Shown: positions 12,949 through 26,943 of the stretch, in pieces | Layout: each line of letters starts with the position of its first letter | Numbering within the stretch: position 1 is the stretch's first letter | Origin: Lingula anatina | Taxonomy: Eukaryota > Animalia > Brachiopoda | Assembly (NCBI GenBank): GCA_051362555.1 | Contig: CM120647.1 | Coordinates: 6,014,001 to 6,078,000 of the forward strand | Length of the DNA: 64,000 bases | Direction of reading: 5' to 3' | Position numbers and translations under genes: made by a program | The notes under the pieces: model-generated | Databases searched by the model: none | What the model saw: only the letters and a program-made list of their open reading frames with translations | Told to the model about the DNA's origin: nothing

Positions 12949-14285
12949 TCAAGCTTTTTGTGGGTCGCCATATTTGACCTGTAAGTCCGATAAACTGGAT
13001 GCGATCTTAGTGTGTGTATTAAAACAGGTTGTGATAGTAGTTATACCTTGAAACAAATATCAATGCTAGGGACCATTCCCATAACCCTACAGTACTACTA
13101 GGATCGATTAATCTCCGAGGACATTCTCACTAAATTGCATTCAGTTTAAGCGTGAACGAAAGCAGCTTCACTGGGCGTGCAAGACATTTAAGCCTCTTAA
13201 ACTAAATGCAATTTAGCAAAAATTTCCCTCTGAGATAAATCGATCCTGCTAGTTCGGCAGTTTTATGGGAACCAAGTCCTTTACATCTTCAATGATCAAA
13301 GTATACTGCCATTTACTATAGATTAATTTTGATAAACATATTTAAAAACATAAAAACAAAAAAATCCTGTGTATCGCCGTGTCTTTACCCTTCTTTTCAT
13401 CAGTTTGTTGGTCTGTAATATTGAACGTTATGTAAAATATGTAAACGTGTAAAAAAGGGAAAAATGGGTCACCTTTTTATGTCTCTCCTTTTATCTTTAA
13501 GCAGTTCTGAAAATAATAATGTAAAATATAAGCGAATATAAAAATAAAAACACAGTCTGTGACAATGCCTTTCAATTTATCTTTCGGGAAATCTGTATTA
13601 TGAAGCATTCGTGCTTATAAAGTGACGTTTGTGGAATTATGTTTGCTATACTACCTGCAGTGCTGGTAGGTTGGCTTGTATAGAACGCAGGGGCGGATTT
13701 AGGGGGTCTTCTGGGTCTTCCAGAACACGGTCAGATTTTCAAGTTTACATTGACGGGTATCTAATTATTTCTGTCGGAAGACGGTCAAAAAATGGAGGAT
13801 GGATCAACAAAGATAATTTGGAAGACTGTCAGAAAATAACTCTGGATCCGCCCCTGAACATTGAACTTCAATGATCTGTATAGCACAATCTACTTAATAC
13901 ACAAATGACATAATCTCACTTTTTTTTTAATTTATAAAGTTTTCATCTGTACCGGGAAAATCTTAACTCTAATTTCAAGTATATTCCAAGCAAACACCGA
14001 AAGTTGTTTATAAATTACAATAACGTTTTTTGGCTATATTTTAACTTTACCGTAACGTGGACATAACCATGGACATAATAAGAGAAGGCCTTCTCTTATT
14101 ATGTCCATGACATAACGTTTCTGGTTATATTCACGTTATGGTAACGTTATAATAGCGTCCTGTGTTTGCAGGTTAAACCAGATCACTTCCCATGGGATAC
14201 ACAACCGGTGTAACGAAAGTGAGGGTCCGTGTGACAGAAAGTCCGCCCTCCATTTAGTTATAATGGTTAGGGTTGGCTTGACTTA

Positions 14286-14601
14286 CAGGCCTACCCAACT
14301 ACCAGACTCGGCACCGAATGATCCTGAATTCACCAGTAAATCGGACCACACTACCCGTTTTCAAGGTGTGTGTCAGATCGCATTACACAGTATCACACGC
14401 GACACCGCTCTTGCCTAGTACGCGATGTGATAGTGACGATTCTCAGTGGGGTTGAAAAGCATTGCATCACCACTCAAAATTTGTTCAGGGTATGATACTG
14501 TGTAATGCGTACTGACACACACCTTGATAACGGTAGTGTGGTCTGATCTAACGGTGAATTCAGGATCATTCGGTGCCGAGTCTGGTAGTTGGGTTGGCCT
14601 G
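14286..14601. mobile_element. Long-palindrome CAG..CTG MITE nested in a CCGGTGT-terminated element (about 14205-14702)
   Basis: Arms CAGGCCTACCCAACTACCAGACTCGGCACC... of over 100 bp; flanks ACTTA/ACCTA. An uninterrupted host copy lies at about 39592-39730 and a half copy at about 3518-3640. Confidence 0.8.
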
Positions 14602-17011
14602 ACCTAGGTGGGTCAAAATCTAGGGAGGCTTACCTGTAAAAATGAATGGGAAGCGGACTCTACATGTATATTACTGGGGACTCTCTGTAACGTTACACCG
14701 GGACGCACAATGTCAAGTGTTCTGGCCCCAGTTTCGAAAAAAAAATGCCCTCTGGCTAAAAACTTAATTGCCAAGGTTACGTGGTCACATGGGCACCTCT
14801 TACCCTATCAGGAGCGTTGTAACAGTACTCCCATGGAAATCCTAGTTTACTAAGCCAGAGAACTGACTTAAGTTTTTTTATTACATTTTGTGTTATATTT
14901 GCATATTTCTGACGTATTTTTACTGTTTTATACTTAAGTGCCCTCCAGTTTGGAAAGTAATCAACAACAATTTAAAAAGTTATATAAAACTGCGATGCAT
15001 ATACACTGTACTTCACAGAAAGCACGTATTGTGTCACTGACGCGACTCGGAGACAGCGAGAGAGAGAGAGGGAGAGAGAGAGAGAGAGTGGGGGGGGACC
15101 TTTTTGTAGTAGGATCCTGATCTCACGTCGATGGAACCTTCTTTAAGATCAGAGCATGGTCTTGCGTACCTACCCGTACTAGAAAATGTCACCGACGTGT
15201 TTACTATGGGACTATGTACGGTAGTGCTTCCTCTGTTAGTCTTGTTGCATAAGTTAATACTCCAGCGTCTTAAGACCCGAAGACCAAGTTTACTGGGTCG
15301 GCCCTTCTGTTCAAGTCCAAACTATATGTTCAAATCGGTACAAAATTGCGGTGTCCCAGTTGGGTGAGTCTATTATCTATTTATTGCGCACACCTTAAAT
15401 ATCCTCGATGAAGGAGATAGGCCTCATAGCAGAGGTAGAAGGACTCTTAGGGATTCTCACGCTCGTAACTTTGTCGATGTCATTCAAACTTCAGTAGCAA
15501 TTGCTCGAGCTGTGTCAAAAAAAGAGACCTTCAGTACAACACACCGCTGATAAGTTCCTATATATCTTGCTTATTCTTTACGCACACGTAAAACTTCAAT
15601 GGTAAATGGTCCACACACAACGCCAGTGCTGTACAAGTATTATGACAAGGAAGGCCTACTGTTGAAATACGGCCGAGTGCCTTGTTCGCTTTATGTTTGC
15701 CCTTCTAGTATTTGTCCACTGTCAGATAGAGCGGCATTGAACTAGGTTGGGAGGTCTCTCTTTTTCAGTCGTGTGTAGCATGCCCTCAACTTTGTCTGGG
15801 CTTGTTCACAGTACTCGCCTAGACTGATACTGGTTCGATTTGAGTGTCGCTGCTTGTTATCAGAGCACGGGGTCGGTCGAATTTGTCTTAGTGTGAACGC
15901 ATCTGAGAGGTCTTAAGGTAGCTCTTGAAAAACTTCTTTTGCTCTTCAGAAAACGCTCTACTTGAATTGGGAGATGCCGGATCGACGTGAGCCCCTAACT
16001 AAATTTACAGAGAAGTGCAGGTGGCGGTCCTCGTCTTTGCTATCCCTTCAACAAACTTATGTCAATATTGGTGTTAGTTCTGCTGGTGATACGAGTGTCA
16101 ACTGTCACACAGAGAGAAGGCACGACGCTGTTAGCCCCAAATGCCTAATCTCAGTTTGTCCTCAGGCGCAGTCACACGTGACACGGACGGTTCGTGACTG
16201 GGAAGACATAAATGACGCACAACTCCGGGTTGAACAGCTTCGACCGGTACGCTTGCCCCACCCCCTTTCTTAAATTAACAGGTGGCTTGTCAACTAACAA
16301 TAAATATGCTGATCACATACACCTTGATCTTATTAATATCGCTGATGTCACTAAAATCGGCTTGGATTTAAGGCTATAACGGCATACAGTTAACGTCATC
16401 TATGTTAACCTTAAATAATATGTGGACGGCGGTCAACATGCTGAGGGAACACCGCCTTGATTACAATACACTATCTACGTCATTCAGATAGACTCGGAGA
16501 TCTGGGACGAGAGTAAACACGGCATATATCAATATAAAGAGTTCTATAAGGTTACGGTACAAGTGTCCTAATCCCACGACCCAATTTGCATTTAGACCCC
16601 ATTCCCATAAACAGCATTGGTCTACATTGCGGGGACTCTTGCTGAGTGCAATCAGATTTTCTGAGTGACACGCCTCATCTTGTTTCTTACGTACTCGTAT
16701 AGTCACGAGATAAATTTGTAATTCTACTCAACGCTACGAAGAGGCGTCTCATTCAATTAAGCTGATTGCACTCAGCGAAAGTCCCCCCAGAGTTGGATCG
16801 ATCTTCGTAGACCGATGGCGCAATGGGAATAGGGCCTTAGTTTACAGATCCAACTATTTGGGGCTAGAGTGAACGCGGCCAATATATATATATAAAGAGT
16901 TCTATAAGGTTACGGTGCAAGTGTTCTCATCCCACGACCTGTTTTGCATTTGCGTTTGAGGTTGAAAAGAACTGTGCTTTATCGGCTTACCTGTCACGAC
17001 TTTATAAGCTA

Positions 17012-17190
17012 CAGACCCGTATCCAGGGGTGGTTCGGGGTGGTTCATAAGAACCCCCCCCCCCCCTTTTTTTTGACAGGAAGGAGCCCCTCTGGGTAAAA
17101 TTTTATCTAGGTACACGGAGGTTTCATGGTAAAAAAGTCCACTTTTCCATAAAAAGAACCCATCTTTTTGAATCACTGGCTACAGGCCTG
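17012..17190. mobile_element. CAG..CTG MITE family C, 5-bp TSD
   Basis: CAGACCCGTATCCAG...CTGGCTACAGGCCTG; TSD AGCTA/AGCTA. Confidence 0.85.
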
Positions 17191-17676
17191 AGCTATCTAT
17201 TCATTTACACAAAACGCGAGGATGCGTGGATCCTGTTACACCGCTGCTTGTCACCCCTTTCAGAACGCATTTAGGTTTATTCAATCGCATAAATATGTAA
17301 CAAAAGAAAAGGCTGCGATATTTAAAGTACATAGCACCCGTGTTTGTAAATGGTGATGTTGACTATCAAATATTGCCTAAGACCCAATTTGCGGTGTAAA
17401 AGGTGTTTAAAAACGGTGTAGCAAGAGATTCGCTAGAGGGAGATTGAGGATGCAGATGATAAGAAATTTGCGAGGTAACAAGTCACATACATGTTTAAAA
17501 AAGTAGATGCGGGCAATTTTTCAGATTTTTGGAAAAGAAAAGGGTTGGGATGCTGCTATTTTATTTCTCTTCCTTTCTCTTGCTATTTTATTTCTCTTTG
17601 CTTTTTCTATAAGTGACCCGCTAGGAACCATATAGGCCTATACTTTGTACAGGTGACATTCGTCCCGGAATCTTAA

Positions 17677-20139
17677 AGGACAATGTTCATGTAAAAATCC
17701 ATTTCTCGAATTTTGAAGATACAGCACTCAATCTATACACTAGAGGTATGTTTTAATCGATCCCCGCCATTTAAAAATTATAAAAACAATCTATTAGTAG
17801 AAAAAAAGCGTTTTAGTAAACCTCACCTCAATATGCAAAAATGAAGCAACAGATCTGGGTCACGTGGTACTGTGACGACAATCACGATAAAGGTCTATGA
17901 GACTCAACTGAGCTGCAAGTGCATACAGACGGAGAAGTTAAGGAAAGTTGTGTTGAACGGAGTTGAGGAATTTTCGTTATGCCTCGGTGTGTTGCCGTGG
18001 GATTCACCAAAATTGCAGCTCTCGTTGACAATCTCTCTTTGTCTGTGACGGTCTTCCGTGACTTACTTACTAACTTCGGTGACAATAGTTGCGATGCTCT
18101 AGATCATGGTCACCTCAGGTGGTTTAGATCATATCAAGAGCTGGTAGTCTTTCAGATTAACTGTCATCAGTTGGCAAACTTACTGATTGCTGATGCATTT
18201 TAAATGCATTGTAGTTGACCAAAAGCTCGTTTACAACAAACCTGTTAATATGCACCGCTGCAATTCCCAAGCCAGGTAATAACAGGTATGAAACTCGTCT
18301 TGGTGGGCTTTCATATTTTTCAATATATCTCATTTATTTCATGGGGTTATTTTATTGGTATTTGTAAATGACGTTAAATATCAATACTTAAACAATTAAG
18401 TTCAAACACGGTCGCGAACATTAATAAAAGAAATTGCTCTCAGGGTATCTTGAAGCTTCCGTGGAAGAAAACGTGTTGAGGAAAAACAGGAAAAAGAGCG
18501 TTTTATTAAAGAAAAAATGGGAACTGCTATAATAAAATGGTTCGTTATCCTAATTCGCTTATGCTTTGAGGATTTGTTTCTGAAGATTATTTCATCTGAA
18601 ATATTAAAGAATTTAAAAGATTGATTATTTTATAACTTGAAACGCAAATTCTGCGTCAGTACGCAATTTTTTTTTTTTTTTGCAAATTTGTAAGCTTATT
18701 ACAACGTGCTATAAAGATCTACTCAAGAAAAAAATTTGCTTGGGTAAAATTGAGTACGGAATGAACTGGAGACACTTGGCTTGTCATTAAGTTTACACGA
18801 AAATATGTCAGGTAACTTTATACTGTCTTTGAAAGAGTAAAGATTGAAAGATAATTTTAGACAAACTTTGACGGGGGAAATACCTACAAAGAGTAATGGG
18901 CTATTTCGCCAACATCTTGTTGAAAATTTTACACTGCAATTCTATTCAAATAAGCTAAGGAACTAATTGCCAAATTAATACTCTCATCACATAACAGGGG
19001 GGTAACCAGACCTGCAAAAAGTGTACGCACATATTTAAAAAGATTACAAGCACATACAGCAAAATGTAGACTTACGCAAAACATGAAGGACAGCGTAATC
19101 ACAGCAAATGTACCTCATATAGTAGCTTAATTTCCATAAATAATAAAATCATCATTTAAGTCAAAAATATTCTTGCGATTTAATAACTATTTTAATTTAC
19201 CCAGAACGGTATATTTATTTTAAAGGCGGTTAACTGAAATATAGTTTTATGATTTGTTTGTGAAAATTGCCCATGTCACCCTGTTAGTTTGGAGGTCTAA
19301 GCTGAATCAAGTCCGTGTTAACATTCCTATGAAGTTGTGCAGGAAAAATTCTTCCTTTCTTTCTCTAGCTCCTCGATAAACCTGGTGTTCAGATTTTATC
19401 TAGTACCCCCAGGTCTACGGGAGCTGCGCTTTGTAACTAAGGCACAGGTAGATTTTTACCTGAGATAACTGGAGTAAAGCTTAGATAGAGAGTGCGTTCG
19501 ATACAAGCAAGACAAATTGAATGCCATTTAACCCTCTAATTAAGAGGTAAAGGAAGTTCCAGGTAGATGGATGATTAAGATAGGACTTGTAAAGGTAATG
19601 GGCATTGTTTACCTCAGTTTAATAAAAGTATGCAAGACGGAGTGTCAGCGGTTTAATAAAATAAATTGAATTTCACAAATAACATGGACCTCATATGCAA
19701 TAATCAACATTTCCCTTAACTCATTCAAATGCAGTGTTTTATACAACTTGGGATAATCATAATGAAATGCTTGTTAAAGAAATGACTAGACGGGAAATGG
19801 TTTTACACAGCTTCACGAGGATTTAGACCCCTCGGATAAGAGATTTGAATGAGTATAAACTTTTATCAGAAGCCAGAGAAGTCATCTTACAGGTAGACAA
19901 TGCAGCTCAGTTTGACAGCTAAGCACGCTCTGTTCTCCAGTGGCTCGATTGTCGTCATTGGACCACGTGACCACGTAGCTCATTAACTCCCAGGCCGAGC
20001 AAATAGGACGTTTTTTAAAGCCAAAAATTTACAAAATGAGCTTTTAATTTGTGTATTTGGATAAAGATATCGTTAGTTGGGCATGTTTTCTGAAGAATAT
20101 GTTCCGTTCAGGCCATTCTGACGGCATGAAGCAAACCCT
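17677..20139. mobile_element. 2.5-kb Kolobok-like DNA transposon relic
   Basis: TTAA TSD, AGG..TTCATG termini and a subterminal inverted repeat GGTCACGTGGT.C..TGACGACAATC (about 17858 and 19947). It interrupts a copy of the aggtgacattcgtc..atactccgacta repeat that is seen intact at about 1700-1740. A THAP-like start MPRCVAVG occurs at 17979. Confidence 0.7.
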
Positions 20140-20189
20140 TTAACCGAATACTCCGACTAACCATAACCTGTACCAGGACTAATCATACG

Positions 20190-20367
20190 CAGGCCCGTGG
20201 CCAGCAATTTCAAAAGAGGGGTTCTTTTTTCTGAAAAAGTGGACCTTTTTCCATAAAAACGTCATGAACCTATATCAGATTTTACCCAGAGTGGACCTTT
20301 TCCCACCAAAAGGGGCGGTTCTTTCGAACCCCCCGAACCCCCCCCCCCCCCCCTGGCTACAGGCCTG
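20190..20367. mobile_element. CAG..CTG MITE family C, 5-bp TSD
   Basis: CAGGCCCGTGGCCAG...CTGGCTACAGGCCTG; TSD ATACG/ATACG. Confidence 0.85.
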
Positions 20368-21273
20368 ATACGGGACCCCGGTTTTCCATTCCTTCTTCCA
20401 CATCGACAGAAGGGGTTTCTCAGAAGCCAGGGGATGGTCACTTGTGTCCCACTGCCCCCCCCCCCCCCCACCCCCACCGTCACCCCTGTGTCCTTTATTG
20501 CGTGCAGGGTCAAGGTGGAACTGGACACTGGTCACACCCTTACAAAATGACCACGTGGACAAGGGGCCTTAAATGCCCTTTAACAGGATTGATTTTTTTA
20601 CTAGATATTCATGTCTCTGGCTTATTTCCTGACAATTTTTGTAGCGTCCAGCGAGAATTTATACACTGAAATGTAATTATATCCCTCAGCTGCGTTTTGC
20701 TTAGACTAAACAGCAGTAGTATAAAGGATTTACGTGCCCTGTGATTCAATGTCCCGATTCCCGATAAACTCTGCCATCCCCTTGTTTGGTTCACTCGAGC
20801 GCTATTAGCTAACCTCCACAAAAACGACCAACTTGCAAACTCTTTTGGATCTTGGAATATACTAAGTCGGCTTGCCAATAACTTCATAATTTTAATGTCT
20901 TTATGTTAGAAAACACATTGTAGCGAGAATAAATCCAGCTGCAGCGGAATGTTACTGATATGTTGGTTCGTGCAAAATTTGGTAATATCATATGGCAATG
21001 TGCCGATCCTTCCCTTTGCCTATTCTATTTTTTTTTCAAAATATACATTGGAGCATTTTGCTATATAACGCTCCGGTGCCCACACGCATTAACTAAACCA
21101 GTTAGCTTAAATTGCACCTTAAGTTACAAAAGGCGCACCTGGACGCTGTATGAGCGTAGGCGACCGGTGTGACAGGAATGGTAGTCCGCTTAAAACCGTA
21201 GTCCTTTTCCCATTACTTTGTACAGGTGACATTCGTCTTATACCGGAGTACGTACGGGGTACTAAACCCAATC

Positions 21274-21408
21274 CAGGGGCGGATCCAGAGATATTTTCTG
21301 ACAGGCTTCCAAATTATCTTTATTGATCCATCCTCCATTTTCGACCGTGTTCCGACAGAAAAAATTATAAACTTTAAAATCTGACCGTCTTCCGTAAATC
21401 CGTCCCTG
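21274..21408. mobile_element. CAGGGGCGGATCCAG MITE nested in a CCGGTGT-terminated element (about 21164-21490)
   Basis: TIR with CAATC/CAATA flanks; relatives at 13688-13856 and about 48889-49050. Confidence 0.75.
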
Positions 21409-21763
21409 CAATACTCCAACAAACCCTGACCTGTACTTATCATATAGGAACCCGGAATTCTATTCCTAGGACTACCATTCCTGTCACACCTTTCAGGATA
21501 CATTTCGGCTTTTTTAGATCAAGATGGATCCGTTATACTCCACTTAGATCCAGTACGTTTTGGTTACTCAGTGCTGGTAGTATATGGCGCCCGTCTTGTT
21601 ATAAAAAAGGAGGCATACTTCGTTTTGCCAGACCATTACTGATTTGTCTTGAGTTCCCTGACGGAAGTTTCCTATAGGGTCCTTGTATAGGACGCCCTAT
21701 TAGTTATTGGCCCGAAAACCTATATGGCCTTAGAGGGCCTATATTTCCAACAGAATTCTTTTA

Positions 21764-21948
21764 GAGCGCATTCGGAACAGCGGACTAACAGATCCGCGGA
21801 TCAAATATGGCCACCCGCTTGAAAGCTTGCCGCTTAATTCCCGATTAGGCACTGAATAGATTCCCCGCAGGGATTACCCAAAAAACATTCAAGTGGGTCG
21901 GCCATATTTGATCCGCGGATCTGTTAGTCCCGTATTCTGAATGAGGCC
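21764..21948. mobile_element. Palindromic Harbinger-type MITE family B (GATCCGCGGATCAAATATGGCC core)
   Basis: TTA TSD. Related copies lie at about 1814-2096, 24107-24362, 30666-30850, 34800-35006, 47380-47571 and 58770-58860. Confidence 0.8.
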
Positions 21949-22831
21949 TTAGAATCCCAGAGAATCCCATAGCACGTCCCCTTTAAAAAAATTTCGTAAG
22001 GCTCAATATTTTATAATGATGGAATTAAAAGTTGAAACCAATTTTCGGTCTTAAGTTATTTATGAAACAGCGCTTTGGTCTTATGAAAGGAACTAACTTT
22101 TTGTATGCAGTTATGCGTCCTTAATGACGCGTTTCTTCTATAGATGGGTGGATCCTTTAAGGTAATAATAGGTATCCGATGATTAAAATTAAATTAAAGG
22201 GCAATGCAATGACCCTAGAAAATTCTTTTTTACGTCAGCTTTTTTCTTAGGTTGCTTGTGTTGTGAACAGTGCTTGGTGTTCAGTTACTTATTCATTTAT
22301 TTATTACTGTATTGGCTACAGTTTTGTGCTCTCAGAGATGAAAAATATATGTCATATAACTTGATTGTGGACCACATATTTCTAAAAGCTATTAAAAACA
22401 ATATGACCAAGTCCGTTTTCACAGCCTGCTTTCTAATCATATCAGTCTAAGCATAGACCAAGAACTTCAGTCTCATTCTGCAACCGGCCTAAGTTTTGTT
22501 TTATTTTTTTTAAGTTCAACCGATTTAAAGATTGTAAACTTGCTATCTTGCACGATATATACGTTGAAGATTTGTAATAATGACAAATACACAAACTTTC
22601 TTACCTTGTTGTTGTCACAGGGCTCAACTGCCAAATTGTCTCTATACTAAATCTATGTCTTTTAAAAAGGCATTCATCCTCATACAGTTTTGAACTACAG
22701 CTACTTCGGGACTTGACAGGTGTAGGTATTCTTCACTCTCTCGCAAACCTCAGATTCGATAAAAATTTAGGAACTTGGCGCCGAAAACATTTGAATAACA
22801 ACTGCCCTTAATTATCCGTCGCGCGGGCCTA

Positions 22832-22862
<31 letters not shown>

Positions 22863-25800
22863 TTTAAACTTACCTTACCTTCCCCCAGAGGTGACAATTT
22901 CCCCTATACCTGCTGTTGCATGCCCTAACCGCCCTTCATCGATGTATTTAATTTACTCAAAATTCTACAAGGGGTCAATTCTTCCCGTCGCTTCTCTATT
23001 AACTGCTCATGTCTTGCATGGGAAGCGCAGCGGGCTTCATAACAATGACCACAAAAGTGAAAGACTGAAGAAGCAGTGAAGTATAGGACAGATACAATTG
23101 AGGCGAATGAGAAAAAATAAATCGAAAACCCATTACCGGGTCAAGTTTTAGGCTGGAAAGGAAGATGGTGTCATGTTACTGTGCGCTTGTCTTTTAGGGG
23201 AAATGTTTGTACTTTTGTTACAAAAGGATGTGCTTACTGCATGAAAGACGAAGGCATTCGTTTACTTGAACCTGCAAGTCAAACAATTTATGAAATGAAA
23301 AAAATGACTGTATTTTTAATTTTCATATTTGTTTTGGAGCTTGTATTGCTGTTAAATATAGACAAAAGTGATGTGCCGCGTTGGCGACCGACCCCAACTA
23401 AAAATGGGGGAAAATTGCATTTATTTAGATAGATGGTATTTATTTAAATAGACAAAAAGCATGAAGTTGGGTATTAGATTGGTGATTGGGAAAGAATACA
23501 AATGACCCCATGAAAAACCTAAATGCTGTTGTTTGTGTGTTCTAATTCGCCCACGCAGTGCATTTGGCATTTCAGCCACTCAAAAATATGTATCGCATTC
23601 AGCGAGAGTTCTCACGGAGTTGGATCGATCTACATAGAACGCCAATTTTATTGTAAATGCACCCTAAGGTGTAACGAAATCAACCGCATAAACAGTCAAG
23701 AGTATGGGCCTACTTATTATTACTGGTGTAATACAAGACAGCTTTGCTGCTAATTATTATTCCGAACCATTTATCTATGCACATTATATAGCATGAACTT
23801 AGCTGCGTACATAGATGTACATGTAGTTGTCATTAATTGTTTAATTTATTGGTTCTGTGTTTGAACCTACTGTGCTATATCAAAGCCAACGCTGCGCATA
23901 GCCCTCTTTGCGAGGAACTGTTGGTCGATTCATGAAAAAAAAATTGGCCTAACTTTTAGACTCAAAATCTCGTCTTTAAAGATCGATGTAAATTTACTGT
24001 GTAGCTGGTGGTTCACTTAATGAAGTATTTGTCTGTATTTGTCTACATATACGTATACAGCAAAATATTTAATGATTGGACTACTTGTACGACTTAGTAG
24101 CCATTAAGATCCACGGATCAAATATGGCGGGCCCTACAATAAAGAAGAGCCGACAAATTCGCTGATGGTCTCCGCGCCTCCTCACGCACCGTCCTTGCAG
24201 GGGTCTAGCAATTAAACCTCTGAGCCGTGATTTAATCCGTTTAATGGGGCGTGCGGAGGCGGTAAGACCATCAGCAGATCAGTCGACTCTTCTTTCATGC
24301 AGGGTCCGCCATATTTGATCCGTGGATCAGAGGACCCTCGGATCTTCTGCTCTAGATGGGCTCTTACAGTCATTAGCTTCGGTCAGAGACTAAATTAATA
24401 AACTAAAATTTGGACTAAATATCTATTGTGAACCATGGCAAATCCCTGCTGGTCACTGCTGAGATACCTAGATCACGTGATCCACGACGTCCCGACGTCC
24501 TAGCTAAGATATTGGGAGTCCAGGAACGGAATCAAGGCAATTTATCTACTTATTCTCTATGAAATATAAATTCAATCGTACCTTCATGATGCAAAGGCCT
24601 ATAAGCGCTGAGGTGAGAAGGACCAGAAGCAGTCGAAGTAATTATCAAAACTTGTGTTTCATCTTTGTAGGAAAATCATCAACTTTTCAGTATCCGACCC
24701 ATCTGTACCAACGTTTTTGCATTTCGTTCTAATTCTCTCTCCGAGCGTGACCTACATTTCAATGTTTTTATAGGACTAGATGTTCCAAAATGCTATGAAC
24801 GCGATGATTTATTCTCCAATTATGCAAATTAATTAGACATCTTAAGTGTTTACATTTGACAATGAAAAGTGCCACTAAAACTTGTACTTAATGCATCCAA
24901 TGCAAGGACGTAAATTAGAGCACCGCGTTCTCCCAATTTTGAATCTGGCTATTCTATTTTAACATAAAATTATTTTCTAAAAAATCATTCTGATAATTGT
25001 CACAAAACATTGCGCATACAACTGGCTGAAGCAATGACCAATAAACAGTTTTAAAGTCACAGACGTGGAAAAATTCCTTTGGTAATGCACTATTAAGAAG
25101 GATAAAGTGATATACTAGTATCCAGTATAAGACCCCATTCCCATACCTAGATCGATCTAACGGGATCGGTCCACCTCGCTAAATTGCTTTCAGCAGAAGC
25201 GACCTAGATGTCTGGTACGCCTACTAAAGCTGCTAAGCGATAGTGAATTACCCCCTAGCAGCTACAATAGGCGTGCCAGACATCAGAGCCGCTTGAGCTT
25301 AAAGCAATTTAGCGTGAATCCTCTCGGAGGTGGACCGATCCCGCTAGATCGATCTAGGAATGGGAATGGGGTACGACAGAACGAAGCAGAACGTGCACAC
25401 TTATGGCCCAGTAACTGAAGTTTGCGGGGGAGACAGATAAAAAATATTCTCCCTTAAAGGGAATGATATGAATGTAAATAAAAGGGGAGATAAGAACGAT
25501 TCAGGATTATATAGGTCCATGAAGATCAGACAAAATTTGTTTTAAAAAAACAGTCATTATCAGATTTTGACATTAAAAATTTTAAACAATCCACTTGATA
25601 TGAGTTCGAATAAATTTATTATTATTATTATTATTATTTACTTATTATAATTACAATTATTAATGATGTTGTTGTTGTTGTTTTTATTATTCTTATTCTA
25701 TTATTTATTTATGTAGTATGGAAACAAATGACAAGAGCAATTATTTCACTGTCATACGTGGGGTATTGCACATGGTCGAATACGTTTTGTGTGCATGGGG

Positions 25801-26943
25801 TGTGGGTGGAGGGAGAATGGGCATGTGTGCATGTACCTACGAATACTTCAAGATATGGGGGGCACGTGGCCCTCTGTGCTCCCTGGATTCCCCATTGTTG
25901 CACTAAAACGTAATAAGCAATCCTACCTCGCACGTGCACTGTGACAAGCTTAAGTTACCTCAGTGCCTGAATATATCTTAGAGACCATTCCAAGACCCTA
26001 TGGTATTAACTGTGGATCGATCTATCTCCGATAAGATTCTCGCTATATTGCAATCAACTTACGCGGCTTAGATGTCTGTCACGCCTACTGGTGCTGTTAA
26101 GGGGTAATTAATTATCGTTTAGCAGCTTCAATTATCGTGCCAGACATCTAACCCGCTTAAGCTTATAGTAACTTAGCAAGACACCCCTCGGAGATGGCTC
26201 GATTCTGTTAGATCAATCTTGGTATTGGAACCCAGTCTTAGAAAAAAGATTTACGGTGTGCGCATTACAGATATGTACAAAATAAATTCTAGTATGCCGA
26301 GTTGTAACTGGGTCACAAAGATAACAGAAGAAAATATCTTTGTTCAAATAAAGTAACATAGACTTAGGTGCAGAGGACATTTTATACAAAACTTTTATTT
26401 GCCGTGAATTTCCGTGTTAAATAGTACAAGACAATTTATTAAGCAGAACTATTTACTAGTATTCGGCCAAAATCGGGTGATGATTCCGTGTCTCCTTACA
26501 CGAATGGACGCACGGAATCCGCCGAAGTTATCCGAACGTAAATATTTTGATGGAACAACTAAAAAAATATATTTTGATATCTTGATACATCACGGTGTGT
26601 AAGAAGTGTGGAATGTATTATAAATATCCCTTTACCATTAAGATTGTATTTTCTGTCCAGATCTGTCCGTTTGCTTGATCTGCTTCCGTACGTCAATTCA
26701 TCCATCTAGTCATGTATCCATCTATACATCTATCTTTTTGTCTGTCTGTCTGCCTGTCCGTCTGTCCGATTGTCAATATCTGTCTGTCTGTATGTTCGTT
26801 CGTCTGTTCGTCCGCCTGTGTGTTTTTTCTGTCCGTCCAAGTTATACAGGCAGACACAATAACCATTTCAATAATCATTCGCTTTCATTGGCAGTGTTTT
26901 CTGAGAATATCTGTTTGTTTGTGCGTAGGAATCCATTGTGACG

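Noticed and set aside
15050-16270. Possible decayed LINE ORF1 or gene fragment in a GC-richer stretch
   Set aside because: There is only a faint peptide resemblance with many stops, which is not supportable without a search.
17979-18203. Functional THAP-domain gene
   Set aside because: Only the first ~8 residues resemble a THAP start; the second Cys and downstream motifs are absent. Treated as a transposon relic.
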